From the NCBI GenBank assembly GCA_039815185.1, contig JBCBZT010000026.1, positions 44,205-108,204 of the forward strand: 64,000 nucleotides of DNA, given 5' to 3'. Shown here piece by piece: positions 10,281-20,574 of this stretch (position 1 is its first letter; the number at the start of each line of letters is the position of its first letter). This DNA is from Cyanobacteria bacterium P01_A01_bin.123. GTDB taxonomy: Bacteria; Cyanobacteriota; Cyanobacteriia; Phormidesmidales; Phormidesmidaceae. Below the pieces are notes generated by a model, which was not told the origin of the DNA, did no database searches, and was given only the letters and a program-made list of their open reading frames with translations. The position numbers were made by a program, and so were the translations under genes.

Positions 10281-11677
10281 CAATGAAAACCATGCTGTCA
10301 GGATCAAAGGTTCTTGCAGAAATTAAGTCTTGCACCATGCTGTCTATTCCCCTAGCAGCCGCCCAAGTTACCGACTCTATCACTGGTTTTGTCGACACCA
10401 TGATGATGGGTTGGCTAGGAAGCCAATCGCTGGCTGCTGGGGCACTAGGCGCGATCTCGTTTAACTATTTATTGTGGATTACCACATCTATTGTCTCTGC
10501 TGTGAGCCCGCTGACAGCGCAAGCCTATGGCAAGGGAAATCCCCAAACCGTAAGGCAGATTTTACAGCAAGGGTTATGGTTAGCAAGCATCTTGGGTGCT
10601 CCCATAACTTTGCTACTTTGGCATGGCGGCACAATCCTGCATTATCTAGGACAAGACCCCAATACGATTGTCTTTACGGAACAATATCTGAAGGCGATCG
10701 CTTGGGGATTTATCCCTGCCATCGGCTTCTCAGTTTTAAAGGGGTTTGTCTCTGCGCTCTCCCACCCACGGGTCGTCATGCTGATGGTGATTTTGGGCGT
10801 TTTGCTTAACATCTGTGGCAATTATGTGCTGATGTTCGGCAAGTTTGGCCTACCAGCTCTAGGGTTAGCTGGTATTGGCTGGGCCAGCACCTTATCACTG
10901 TGGAGCACATTTCTCCTAATGCTGTTATATGTTTCTTGCCGCAAGTACTTTGCCGTCTTCAAACTTTGGTCTAAGCTACAGTTCAACCATCGCATATTGA
11001 GTGAACTATTGCGGGTTGGCTTGCCAATTGGTGGGTTAATGTTAGTCGAAGCTGGTATCAGTGCAGTGGGTACCTTTTTGGCCGGACAATTAGGCACTAC
11101 GTCTCTAGCAGCTCACCAAATTGCCTACCAAACAGCTGGCATTATTACCTATCAGGTTGCCAGTGGCATTTCTATCGCTACCACCATACGCGTAGGCCAG
11201 TTCGTAGGTCAAAATAAGGTTCAAGCGAGCCGTTTAGCCGGATTTGTCGGCATTGGCCTAGCTGGAGCCTGCATGGGGGTATTTAGTCTAGCGTTTGTGC
11301 TAATTCCCAATCAAATTGTGGGGCTATATCTGGATGTGTCTCAGCCTGATACGGCCGATGTTGCAGCCCTTGCTAAAACCCTGCTAATCATTGCTGCACT
11401 GTTTCAAATGATTGATGGGGCTCAAGTCACCGCTGCTGGGGCACTGCGAGGTCTAAAGGATACCCAAGTACCAATGCTCATTGGAATCATGGCTCATTGG
11501 GTCATTGGCCTACCTGTTAGTTATGTGTTGGGTATGCAGTTGGGTTTCGGTGTAGTCGGGCTTTGGTTAGGCGTTGCCACAGGACTAAGCATTGCTGCCA
11601 TTGTCCTCATCTGGCGTTTTAAGACAGAATCTTGGCGAGCTATTCGTCATAGTAATCATGTCTTACGAAACTGTTAG
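10277..11677 (+). CDS. MATE family efflux transporter (NorM-like)
   Basis: About 12 hydrophobic segments; FVDTMMMGWLG, LAAHQIA, GALRGLKDT motifs; overlaps the NRPS stop (ATGA). Confidence 0.93.
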   Translation: MTMKTMLSGSKVLAEIKSCTMLSIPLAAAQVTDSITGFVDTMMMGWLGSQSLAAGALGAISFNYLLWITTSIVSAVSPLTAQAYGKGNPQTVRQILQQGLWLASILGAPITLLLWHGGTILHYLGQDPNTIVFTEQYLKAIAWGFIPAIGFSVLKGFVSALSHPRVVMLMVILGVLLNICGNYVLMFGKFGLPALGLAGIGWASTLSLWSTFLLMLLYVSCRKYFAVFKLWSKLQFNHRILSELLRVGLPIGGLMLVEAGISAVGTFLAGQLGTTSLAAHQIAYQTAGIITYQVASGISIATTIRVGQFVGQNKVQASRLAGFVGIGLAGACMGVFSLAFVLIPNQIVGLYLDVSQPDTADVAALAKTLLIIAALFQMIDGAQVTAAGALRGLKDTQVPMLIGIMAHWVIGLPVSYVLGMQLGFGVVGLWLGVATGLSIAAIVLIWRFKTESWRAIRHSNHVLRNC

Positions 11678-11921
11678 CAACCTAAGACCAAACCAATACA
11701 TCCAAGCCTGATAAATAATTATCGAGTTGGGCACTCTAAGAGCGGGAACAGTTCCTAATTATCAAATATCAATTCATCTTTTTTATAAAAGAGAATTAGA
11801 GGCATTCAGATTCGAGGAATACTACTTAACTCAAAACCAAAAATATCTGCTGATTACCTGAAAGAACTTTAACATTTCTTCACTGTCTACGCCATCTCTC
11901 AGAAACTGATAGGTTTGCAAA

Positions 11922-14858
11922 ATGAGACTGCCATTCAATCGATTAAGACGTACAGATCAATATCAACGTAAAATCCCCCTGCGACTGATCTTGGTGGTAC
12001 CGTTTGTTGTAGAAATATCTGCTGCAGTAGGCTTAACAGGTTATCTCTCACTGCAAAATGGCCAACGAGCCGTCAACGAATTGGCGGGCCGACTTAGATA
12101 TGAAGTCAGTAATCGAATTGATCAGGAGTTAGATCAGTATCTAACCATAGCTCAGCGGGTTACCCAGAATAATGGTGCCGCTTTCGATTTAGGCTTATTA
12201 AACCCAGAGAACTTAGAGCAACTAGGTCACTATTTCTGGCAGCAAATGCAGATTTATCCCGTTGGCTACATTCTCTATGGAACCACATCTGGAGATATGG
12301 CGGCTGCAGGAGACTATTTCGAAAACGGGCAGATCGCAATTCACGAATCTTCACCTCGCTTACACCAGAATTCTAGTCTGTATACCTACCTCACTGATGA
12401 GCAAGGGAATCGAACTGAACTAGGCGAAGTATTGCCTGATCATTCTTTCTATCAAGAAGGGTGGTATGCCGAAACCATTCGCTTAGGTCGTCCTAGTTGG
12501 ACTCCGATTTATCAGTGGGAAACAGCGCCTTACACCTTATCTGTGGCGATCGCCCGTCCCGTTTATGATCCATCAGGAGAAATTATTGGCAGTATCGCTA
12601 CAGAGCAGCCTCTGTCTGAAATCGGTGATTTTTTGAAAAACCTAAACGTCAGTCCCTCGGGCAAAACATTTATCCTGGAGCGTGATGGTTCACTGGTTGC
12701 AAGTTCCAGTGAGGAAGAACCTTACACATTAGTTGATGGCAAACCAGAGCGATTACAAGCAACAGATAGCTCTGATCCATTTATTCAATCTACGGCCGAT
12801 TACCTGATAGCAAGGTTTGGAGATCTGAATAATATTACTGTTTCACAACAGATTGATTTTTGGATTGAAGATCAGCACCAGTTTGTTCAAGTTACGCCTT
12901 GGCAAGATGAGCTTGGATTAGATTGGCTCATGGTGGTAGTAGTCCCAGAGTCCGATTTCATGGAACAGATCGAGGCTAATACTCGCACAACAATCATCCT
13001 TTGTCTAATGGCCCTGGTCGTTGCACTTGTATTGGGATATTTTACGTCTCGCTGGATTGCTGAACCTATTCTCCAGATTAGCCATGCCTCAGAGGCGATC
13101 GCCAATGGAGATCTTGATCAAACAGTAGAAGCCTCAAACGTGAACGAGCTTAATGTACTTTCTCATGCATTCAACCGCATGGCTCAGCAACTGAAGGAAT
13201 CTTTCACAGCCTTGGCCAAGACTAATGAAGAACTAGAACTCCGTGTAAAGCAACGTACCCTTGAACTACAAGAGGCAAAGGAGTCCGCCGAGGTTGCTAA
13301 TACTGCCAAGAGCGAGTTTTTAGCCAATATGAGCCATGAATTGCGAACCCCAATGAACGCCATCATTGGCTATAGCGAAATGTTACAAGAAGAAGCTGAA
13401 GAGATGAATGAAGACATCTTTAGCCAAGATTTAAATAAAATTCACGGTGCAGGCAAACATCTCCTAAATCTAATTAATGACATACTAGATTTATCAAAAA
13501 TTGAAGCTGGTCACATGGAACTTTTCTTAGAAAACTTTCAGATCAGAGACCTAATTAATGAAATAGAAGCAACTATTTCACCACTCATTGAGAAGAATAA
13601 AAACCAACTAATCATCCATTGCCCTGAAGGGATCGGTAGCATAAAGGCCGACCTCACAAAAGTTCGTCAGTCACTACTTAATCTGCTAAGTAATGCCTCT
13701 AAATTCACTCAACAAGGGACAATAGCCCTGACCGTGAGTCGTTACAGTTTTAATGAACAGCCTTGGCTGAGCTTTAAGGTGAGCGATAGTGGCATTGGGA
13801 TGACATCAGAACAGATGAAAAAGTTATTCCAAGCATTTAGTCAAGCCGACGCTTCAACCACTCGAAAATATGGTGGTACAGGTCTAGGTTTAGCGATTAC
13901 TAAGAAATTTTGTGAAATGATGGGAGGAACCATCGAAGTAGAAAGTCAGATCAACAAAGGCAGTACCTTTAGTATAAATTTACCAGCAGAAGTTGGTACA
14001 AAATTATCTGACAGCGAGGTGAACAAATTAACTGCTCCTGAAAGCCTTAGTCCTCGAAAATCAACGGTTTTGGTTATTGATGACGATCCTGCAGCCCAGG
14101 ATATTCTCCAGCGTTTTCTCAATAAGCAAGGATTTGATGTTATCGCAGCAAGCAACGGTAAAGAAGGACTAAGATTAGCCGAAGAGAAACAGCCAGATGC
14201 CATTACTTTAGATGTGATGATGCCAGAGATGGATGGCTGGGAAGTTTTGAGCAAGTTAAAAGCTAATCAGACAGTCGCCCATATCCCAGTCATTATGATG
14301 ACTATGGTAGACAACAAGAATTTAGGATATGCCTTAGGCGCAGCTGATTACCTTCTTAAACCCGTCGATCGCCAACAATTAGCATCAGTCCTCCAAAAGT
14401 ACCAGATCAAAAAATCTCCATCTATTCTACTCGTCGTAGAAGATGACTCGATTACTCGTGAAATGCTAAAGCGACAACTAGACATAGAAAATGTCAAAGT
14501 TATTGAGGCTTCCGATGGAAGACAAGCGCTCAGCCTCATGCAATCGACAAAGCCAGGCGTCATTATTCTTGATTTAATGATGCAAAATATGGATGGTTTC
14601 GAGCTCATTTGCCAGCTTCAAAATCAACCTGATTGGCAGTCAGTTCCGGTAGTGGTTATTACAGCTAAAGAACTCACAAGAGCAGAAAGAGAATACCTCA
14701 ACAGTCGGGTTCAGCAAATCTTCCAAAAAGGTGCTTATGATCGCAACACCTTACTTAATGAGGTAACCAGTCTGCTTTCTAAGGCATTAGACCAAGGAAA
14801 ACCTGATAATCAAGAATCTACTCTAGATGAACCCAATAATGTCTTGATTGAGAAGTAA
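11922..14858 (+). CDS. Membrane hybrid sensor histidine kinase (TM, Cache-like periplasmic domain, TM, HAMP, HisKA, HATPase, two REC domains)
   Basis: [19 protein letters not shown]-box, [24 protein letters not shown]; two receivers (TLDVMMP, ILDLMMQ); [10 protein letters not shown] resembles dCache. Confidence 0.93.
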   Translation: MRLPFNRLRRTDQYQRKIPLRLILVVPFVVEISAAVGLTGYLSLQNGQRAVNELAGRLRYEVSNRIDQELDQYLTIAQRVTQNNGAAFDLGLLNPENLEQLGHYFWQQMQIYPVGYILYGTTSGDMAAAGDYFENGQIAIHESSPRLHQNSSLYTYLTDEQGNRTELGEVLPDHSFYQEGWYAETIRLGRPSWTPIYQWETAPYTLSVAIARPVYDPSGEIIGSIATEQPLSEIGDFLKNLNVSPSGKTFILERDGSLVASSSEEEPYTLVDGKPERLQATDSSDPFIQSTADYLIARFGDLNNITVSQQIDFWIEDQHQFVQVTPWQDELGLDWLMVVVVPESDFMEQIEANTRTTIILCLMALVVALVLGYFTSRWIAEPILQISHASEAIANGDLDQTVEASNVNELNVLSHAFNRMAQQLKESFTALAKTNEELELRVKQRTLELQEAKESAEVANTAKSEFLANMSHELRTPMNAIIGYSEMLQEEAEEMNEDIFSQDLNKIHGAGKHLLNLINDILDLSKIEAGHMELFLENFQIRDLINEIEATISPLIEKNKNQLIIHCPEGIGSIKADLTKVRQSLLNLLSNASKFTQQGTIALTVSRYSFNEQPWLSFKVSDSGIGMTSEQMKKLFQAFSQADASTTRKYGGTGLGLAITKKFCEMMGGTIEVESQINKGSTFSINLPAEVGTKLSDSEVNKLTAPESLSPRKSTVLVIDDDPAAQDILQRFLNKQGFDVIAASNGKEGLRLAEEKQPDAITLDVMMPEMDGWEVLSKLKANQTVAHIPVIMMTMVDNKNLGYALGAADYLLKPVDRQQLASVLQKYQIKKSPSILLVVEDDSITREMLKRQLDIENVKVIEASDGRQALSLMQSTKPGVIILDLMMQNMDGFELICQLQNQPDWQSVPVVVITAKELTRAEREYLNSRVQQIFQKGAYDRNTLLNEVTSLLSKALDQGKPDNQESTLDEPNNVLIEK

Positions 14859-14947
14859 AGGATAGAATTTTCAGACACCGCTGAGACAAAGAGTCAGAAG
14901 TAAGAAATATTAGTTTTGATCAACTTAGAAATTTAAGGAGAGAAACC

Positions 14948-15325
14948 ATGACCAAAATACTCTTGGTTGAAGACAACGAAATGAATCAAGATATGCTGTC
15001 GAGGCGATTAGTTCGCAAAGGCTATGACATCATTATTGCTTCAGATGGGGCCGAAGGATTAGCCAAGTCAAAATCAGACAATCCCGATCTAATTCTCATG
15101 GATATGAGCTTACCTGTGATCGATGGTTGGGAAGCAACTCGACAGCTAAAGGCAGACCCGAAGACCCATACCATTCCAGTGATAGCGCTAACGGCCCATG
15201 CTATGTCAGGCGATCGAGAAAAAGCATTGGCAGCCGGTTGCGATGATTATGACACAAAGCCAATTGAGCTCGCACGACTAATCAACAAAATCAAGAATTT
15301 GCTGCAGCAAGGACAGCTTGTATAA
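14948..15325 (+). CDS. Single-domain response regulator (CheY/DivK-like)
   Basis: ILLVEDN, LMDMSLP, ALTAHAM, KP motifs; AAGGAG ribosome-binding site upstream. Confidence 0.93.
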   Translation: MTKILLVEDNEMNQDMLSRRLVRKGYDIIIASDGAEGLAKSKSDNPDLILMDMSLPVIDGWEATRQLKADPKTHTIPVIALTAHAMSGDREKALAAGCDDYDTKPIELARLINKIKNLLQQGQLV

Positions 15326-15351
15326 GGGTGTTGGCACACCCTTATACAAGC
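15316..15351. repeat. Perfect 16-bp inverted repeat with 4-nt loop spanning the response regulator stop codon
   Basis: GCTTGTATAAGGGTGT-tggc-ACACCCTTATACAAGC; no T-tract on either side. Confidence 0.85.
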
Positions 15352-15449
15352 CTTATCTCAGAAACTTGAACCTAACCTAAGTCAATCTAGATCCTTGAGA
15401 GTGCCCTATATAAGGGTTGGCGATCAATTTTTATCAAAAATCACTGGCT

Positions 15450-17237
15450 ATGATTGCTAATTTTGAGATTACAACTTCCCTCCTAGCATTCTGGCGTCAT
15501 GAACTGTATGCGCCTCTCAATACTATTCAAGGATATAGTGGCCTAATTATTGATGAATTGGAAGATCAATATGGCTCTCAGAGGGATAATAACGTCATTG
15601 AAATCTTGTCTAGCATCTTAAAATTCAGCAAAGAGATTCAGGAAATCATTGGCAACACACTTGATTCTAAAATCTTAGATGATAGAGAATGTGTTCGCAA
15701 TATCATCGATTTAAGATATCTGTTAGAACAAAAGCTAATCAACAAGATTGACCAAATCAACCTGGACGTGCAAAGGATATTAACAGAGTATTCTATAGGA
15801 TTTGATTCAGATCTAGACAAGATTATAAAGTCTACTCATAACTTGAAGAGCTTATTGAGCGGCAATTTGCTTTGGTTGAAGGATTTCTCACCAACTGTTG
15901 AGCCCTCTCAACCTGAAAATAATTTTGTTGGCTTGAAAAAGAGCACAGATCAAAACAAATCAACGCTTAGTGATATAGAGCAATCTCTGAGGATTATCAG
16001 GCATACCCACTATGATAGACAATACAACCCTCAAGACTTTAAAATTTTAGTTGTTGACAATAATAGAAGTAATCAAGAGCTACTCTATCGTCAACTTGAG
16101 CGGGAAGCCTACCATGTCGATACAGTAGAATCTGGGGAAGAAGCAATCCAAGTAATTCAGGATAAAAACTATGACTTAATCCTTCTAGATATCATAATGC
16201 CGGGGTTGAATGGCTACCAAGTGCTGCATTATTTAAAGTGTAGCCAGTGGAAAAATATACCTGTCATTATGATCTCTTCCCTGAATGAGATAGATAGTAT
16301 TACAAAATGCATCGAAATGGGTGCAGAAGATTACCTACCTAAACCTTTCAACTTTACTCTGCTAAGGGCTAGGATAGACGCTTGCTTAGAGAAGAAAGAC
16401 TTACAAGATCAAGAAAAGATCTTTATTAATCAGCTGGCTTCTGCAAATAAAGAAATCGAAGCACTTAATGACAAGCTAAAAGCTGAGAATATTAGACTGT
16501 CAACTGAGCTAGAGATTACTCGCCGACTACAGCAACTAATCTTACCAAAAGATTCTGAGCTTAGAGAGATTGAAGATATTGATATCGCTGGATTCATGGA
16601 GCCTGCTGAAGAGGTCGGAGGAGACTACTATGATGTCCATGAATATAACGGAAGCGTTAATATCAGCATTGGAGATATTACAGGTCACGGTCTTGAAAGT
16701 GGACTGTTGATGATCATGGTTCAAACAGCTATTCGAACATTAATTGAAAATAACGAAACAGATCAGAAAAAGTTATTAAATACACTCAACCAAATTATTA
16801 TCAATAACGCCAAAAGAATTGAATCAGAGCGAAATTTAACACTTTTACTGATCAACTATGTTAAAGGAACCTTGAGCATTGCAGGTCAACATGAAGACAT
16901 TGTTATCGTTCGTGCCAGCGGCCAGATAGAACGTATCGATACTACCTATTTAGGGTTCCCAATTGGACTAGAAGAAGATATCAAGAGTTTTATCCACGAA
17001 ACTCAATTGAGTCTATCTTCGGGAGACGTCATGATTCTTTATACCGATGGAATCACAGAAGCAGAGAGTGAATGTGGAAACCAGTATGGCATGGAACGTC
17101 TTTGTGACACAGTCCGAAAGAATCGTATGCACCCAGCTAAAACAATCAAAAAAATGGTGATTGATGATTTAAGAGCACACATCGGAGAAAATAAAATTTT
17201 AGATGATTTAACCCTGCTTGTTCTGAAGCAGAAATAA
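15450..17237 (+). CDS. HisKA-like helix, REC and SpoIIE/PP2C phosphatase fusion (RsbU/SiaA-like)
   Basis: N-terminal RHELYAPLNTIQGYS; REC LLDIIMP; PP2C motifs VGGDYYD, GDITGHG, YTDGITEA, DDLTLL. Confidence 0.9.
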   Translation: MIANFEITTSLLAFWRHELYAPLNTIQGYSGLIIDELEDQYGSQRDNNVIEILSSILKFSKEIQEIIGNTLDSKILDDRECVRNIIDLRYLLEQKLINKIDQINLDVQRILTEYSIGFDSDLDKIIKSTHNLKSLLSGNLLWLKDFSPTVEPSQPENNFVGLKKSTDQNKSTLSDIEQSLRIIRHTHYDRQYNPQDFKILVVDNNRSNQELLYRQLEREAYHVDTVESGEEAIQVIQDKNYDLILLDIIMPGLNGYQVLHYLKCSQWKNIPVIMISSLNEIDSITKCIEMGAEDYLPKPFNFTLLRARIDACLEKKDLQDQEKIFINQLASANKEIEALNDKLKAENIRLSTELEITRRLQQLILPKDSELREIEDIDIAGFMEPAEEVGGDYYDVHEYNGSVNISIGDITGHGLESGLLMIMVQTAIRTLIENNETDQKKLLNTLNQIIINNAKRIESERNLTLLLINYVKGTLSIAGQHEDIVIVRASGQIERIDTTYLGFPIGLEEDIKSFIHETQLSLSSGDVMILYTDGITEAESECGNQYGMERLCDTVRKNRMHPAKTIKKMVIDDLRAHIGENKILDDLTLLVLKQK

Positions 17238-17273
17238 AAGCAGATAGTTTTTTGACGTCCATCATATTTAAAT

Positions 17274-17843
17274 ATGACTTTAATTTTAGGAGATTTTATT
17301 GAGTACCTCCCGTCCAAAAGGGATTCTGCAACAATCAACTTTACATTTAGCTACAACTCAGCCAATCATCAGTATTTAAATAATCACTTATCATTTGGCA
17401 TTATCGCCATCCATATGCTTAAGTCTATTGGAATTCAGTTTTCAAATAATGCCACAGGCAAAGAAAATGAGATCAGAAATTCTGTTGACTATATTGCTAA
17501 TGAACTGTTAGAAAACTCAATCAAGTATGGCGAACATTCTTTCCATGAAATCAATATCGAAATTCACGTCTTTGAATGTAGAGTTGTTATTATATCGACA
17601 AATTTAGTTAATGAGCTTAGAGAAAAATTGTTTCAAACATATATTCAGAAAATAATTACTTCAGATGTCTCAGAATTATACTTCAAGCAGTTAGAAGAGA
17701 ATATTGACAACAACCAAAAATCTGGGCTTGGTTTATTAACGATTATAAATGATTATAAAGCTAAAGTTGGGTGGAAATTTGAATCTTCCGACCATGGATA
17801 CGGGACTTTAAGTTCTGTAATGGTTCAGCTCCCAGCATCTTAG
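17274..17843 (+). CDS. GHKL-fold anti-sigma-factor-like Ser/Thr kinase (Slr1658/SiaB-like)
   Basis: N-box ANELLENSIKY and G-box SGLGLLTI; sits between a PP2C gene and a STAS gene. Confidence 0.75.
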   Translation: MTLILGDFIEYLPSKRDSATINFTFSYNSANHQYLNNHLSFGIIAIHMLKSIGIQFSNNATGKENEIRNSVDYIANELLENSIKYGEHSFHEINIEIHVFECRVVIISTNLVNELREKLFQTYIQKIITSDVSELYFKQLEENIDNNQKSGLGLLTIINDYKAKVGWKFESSDHGYGTLSSVMVQLPAS

Positions 17844-17895
17844 ACACATAAACACTTGAATTAACCCTAGTACAAAAGGATAAGCTGTCAAATTC

Positions 17896-18243
17896 ATGAA
17901 TAATAAACTCGCAAAGTACTCGATCCATTATGACAGCGAATCTGAAACTATTAGCTTTAGCGGCAAGCTACGCTTTACCCAAACAGATCCTGAGTTTGCT
18001 GAGATCTCAGAATTGTTAAAAACAGTCCTTGAAAAGGATCCGCCACAGATTACACTCAACTTGGAAGAGTTAGAATTTTTGAACAGTCTAGGTATCAGCA
18101 TGATTTCGAAGTTCATCATAAAGATTAGAAATAAAAAGAGTATTCACGCAATTGTTAAAGCTTCTCATGAAATTTCTTGGCAGGGTAAGTCTTTAGTGAA
18201 TTTACAACGAATTATGCCCAGCCTCGAATTTACATGGGTATAA
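17896..18243 (+). CDS. STAS-like anti-anti-sigma protein (Slr1659/SiaC-like)
   Basis: LEELEFLNSLGISMISKF resembles the SpoIIAA phospho-Ser loop; ISWQGKSLVNLQRIMP C-terminal motif; 115 aa. Confidence 0.75.
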   Translation: MNNKLAKYSIHYDSESETISFSGKLRFTQTDPEFAEISELLKTVLEKDPPQITLNLEELEFLNSLGISMISKFIIKIRNKKSIHAIVKASHEISWQGKSLVNLQRIMPSLEFTWV

Positions 18244-18352
18244 ATAGAAAAGAATACTTTCATTCTTTGGAGAGTTCTACTTCTTCTATTGGGGAGCTTT
18301 TTCTCTCAAGATATAAAAATCCCACAAAAATGTAGATAAGCCGAAGAGAGAT

Positions 18353-20518
18353 ATGAGTGAGATTGACGTTATGGAGAAGACCAATAAGAATCAAAAGCTT
18401 CAACAAATCTGGCTTCCTAGAAATCAAAATGAAAGCTCTTTTGTGGATGATCTTACAGGCTTACCAAATCGCAATTTGCTTTTACAAAAACTTCAAGACA
18501 ATATAGCCTTTTGCAAAGAACATTCAAATAAGACGCTTGCACTTCTGGTCTTAGACATCGATCACTTCAAGGTTGTTAACAATAGCTTGGGTATTGCAGT
18601 AGGCGATCAGCTACTTATAAAAGTTGCTGAAAGACTTCAAGACATTATGCGATTTGATGATTATGTTGTACGTCTTGGCGGAGACGAGTTTGCAGTTGTA
18701 CTGAATAACATAAAAGATATTGATAACATCCATAAAATCGCATCCAGAATTCATGACGGATTAATGCTCCCGTTTTGTCTAAATGACAATGAAGTATTTA
18801 TTAACACAAGTATGGGAATTACCCATAGCCATGTGAGTTTCGGGAAAGCAGAAGACTTTTTCCGAGATGCTGATACGGCCATGAATTACGCAAAATCTTT
18901 GGGGCGCTCATGCCGCGTAATTTTCCAGCCAGAGATGCATAAGAGCGTTGTTCAACGCCTCAATTTAGGAAACTCATTGAGGCAGGCACTCAGCCGAAAA
19001 GAATTCTTCTTAGAGTATCAGCCTATCGTCTCTCTGGATGAAGAGATCTTGGTAGGATTTGAAGCGCTTATTCGTTGGAAGCACCCACAGCAAGGTACTA
19101 TTCCACCATCAGACTTTATTCATCTAGCTGAGGAAATAGGTCTCATTGAACCTATTGGCCAGTGGGCACTTGAAGAGGCCTGCCAACAGACAAAAGCTTG
19201 GCAGGTGCAGTTTGAAGGTATGCAAGATCTAACAATCAGTGTAAATTTGTCCGCCAAACAAATTTTCGACAATAATTTCTTTACGCAAGTAAAAACAGCC
19301 TTAGCAAAATCTGAACTTGAGCCATGCTGTCTAAAGCTAGAAGTCACCGAAAACATTCTGCTGGAAGACAAGAAAAAAGTAGCGGCTGTGCTAGATAATG
19401 TTAGATCTCTAGGTGTCCAAATTTCAATTGATGATTTTGGCACAGGCTATTCTTCTCTCAGTTATTTAATGCACTTCCCTTTTGACGTATTAAAGCTGGA
19501 CACTTCTTTTACAGAAGGCATTGACAATAACTATAAAAAATTCAACCTTGTCAAAGGTATTCTCACTTTAAGTCAAGGCCTAGACGTTGAAGTTGTTGCT
19601 GAAGGTTTAGAAACTCAAGATCAGCTTTTACAGTTTAAGGCTTTGAAATGCAGATATGGACAGGGATATATTTTTTCAAAACCTTTGAGTAAGCAGAAGG
19701 TTGAAAGTTTTATTTTATCAAATCTCATCGGCCTCAAAAATTCAAGCCTCGAAAGAGAAACTTGCCTGTTTCACGAGCAATTAGATATCTCACAAAAAGA
19801 CGAATTAAGCAGAGACGAATTACTTATAAAGATAGAGAATTTAAAGTTTGAGGTAAAGGAATTAAAGCAAGAAAAGAAAGATTTTGAGATTCTTTTAGAA
19901 ACGGCTGAAAGCCATGCAGAAGTGATTGAACATGAACTTCATCAGGAAATATTTGAGCATCAGAGTACAGAGCTTAAATTACAGTTAACTAATCATCAAC
20001 TACAACAATTAAGCTACATTGACGGTTTGACTAAAGTTGCCAATCGTCGCCATTTCGATGAGTATTTATGCCAGGCATGGAAATGTGCAACTAAGGAACA
20101 GAAGCCAATTTCACTAATTCTTGCTGATGTCGATTTTTTCAAGCGCTACAACGATAAGTATGGCCATCAAGTCGGTGATTATTGCTTGGTTCGAATAGCT
20201 CAAGCTTTGGCAAAGATCGCAAACCGATCAGCAGACTTAACCGCACGGTATGGAGGTGAAGAATTTGCATTGATTCTGCCTGAATCCAGGCCAGAAAGGG
20301 CTGTGGAGGTAGCTGAGAACATTCGCTCAGCTGTAAAATCACTTAAGATTCTTAATCCTCATTCTTCTGTTAACGATTATGTAACTATCAGTTCAGGTAT
20401 AGTTAGTGTTGTGCCACAAGATTTTTATTCACTTAGTGATTTTATTGGGCACGCTGACAAAGCACTATATAACGCAAAGAATCGAGGTCGGGACTGTTTC
20501 AATATCCTTCCTTGGTAG
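18353..20518 (+). CDS. c-di-GMP enzyme: GGDEF-EAL-coiled coil-GGDEF
   Basis: RLGGDEF; FEALIRW, EVTE, DDFGTGYSSL, AEGLET; heptad-like linker; second cyclase RSAD..RYGGEEF. Confidence 0.93.
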   Translation: MSEIDVMEKTNKNQKLQQIWLPRNQNESSFVDDLTGLPNRNLLLQKLQDNIAFCKEHSNKTLALLVLDIDHFKVVNNSLGIAVGDQLLIKVAERLQDIMRFDDYVVRLGGDEFAVVLNNIKDIDNIHKIASRIHDGLMLPFCLNDNEVFINTSMGITHSHVSFGKAEDFFRDADTAMNYAKSLGRSCRVIFQPEMHKSVVQRLNLGNSLRQALSRKEFFLEYQPIVSLDEEILVGFEALIRWKHPQQGTIPPSDFIHLAEEIGLIEPIGQWALEEACQQTKAWQVQFEGMQDLTISVNLSAKQIFDNNFFTQVKTALAKSELEPCCLKLEVTENILLEDKKKVAAVLDNVRSLGVQISIDDFGTGYSSLSYLMHFPFDVLKLDTSFTEGIDNNYKKFNLVKGILTLSQGLDVEVVAEGLETQDQLLQFKALKCRYGQGYIFSKPLSKQKVESFILSNLIGLKNSSLERETCLFHEQLDISQKDELSRDELLIKIENLKFEVKELKQEKKDFEILLETAESHAEVIEHELHQEIFEHQSTELKLQLTNHQLQQLSYIDGLTKVANRRHFDEYLCQAWKCATKEQKPISLILADVDFFKRYNDKYGHQVGDYCLVRIAQALAKIANRSADLTARYGGEEFALILPESRPERAVEVAENIRSAVKSLKILNPHSSVNDYVTISSGIVSVVPQDFYSLSDFIGHADKALYNAKNRGRDCFNILPW

Positions 20519-20574
20519 TTTTGCGTTTGATCGATCGCTACAATCTAAAGCTTAGGCAGCTTTTCCCCTAAACT

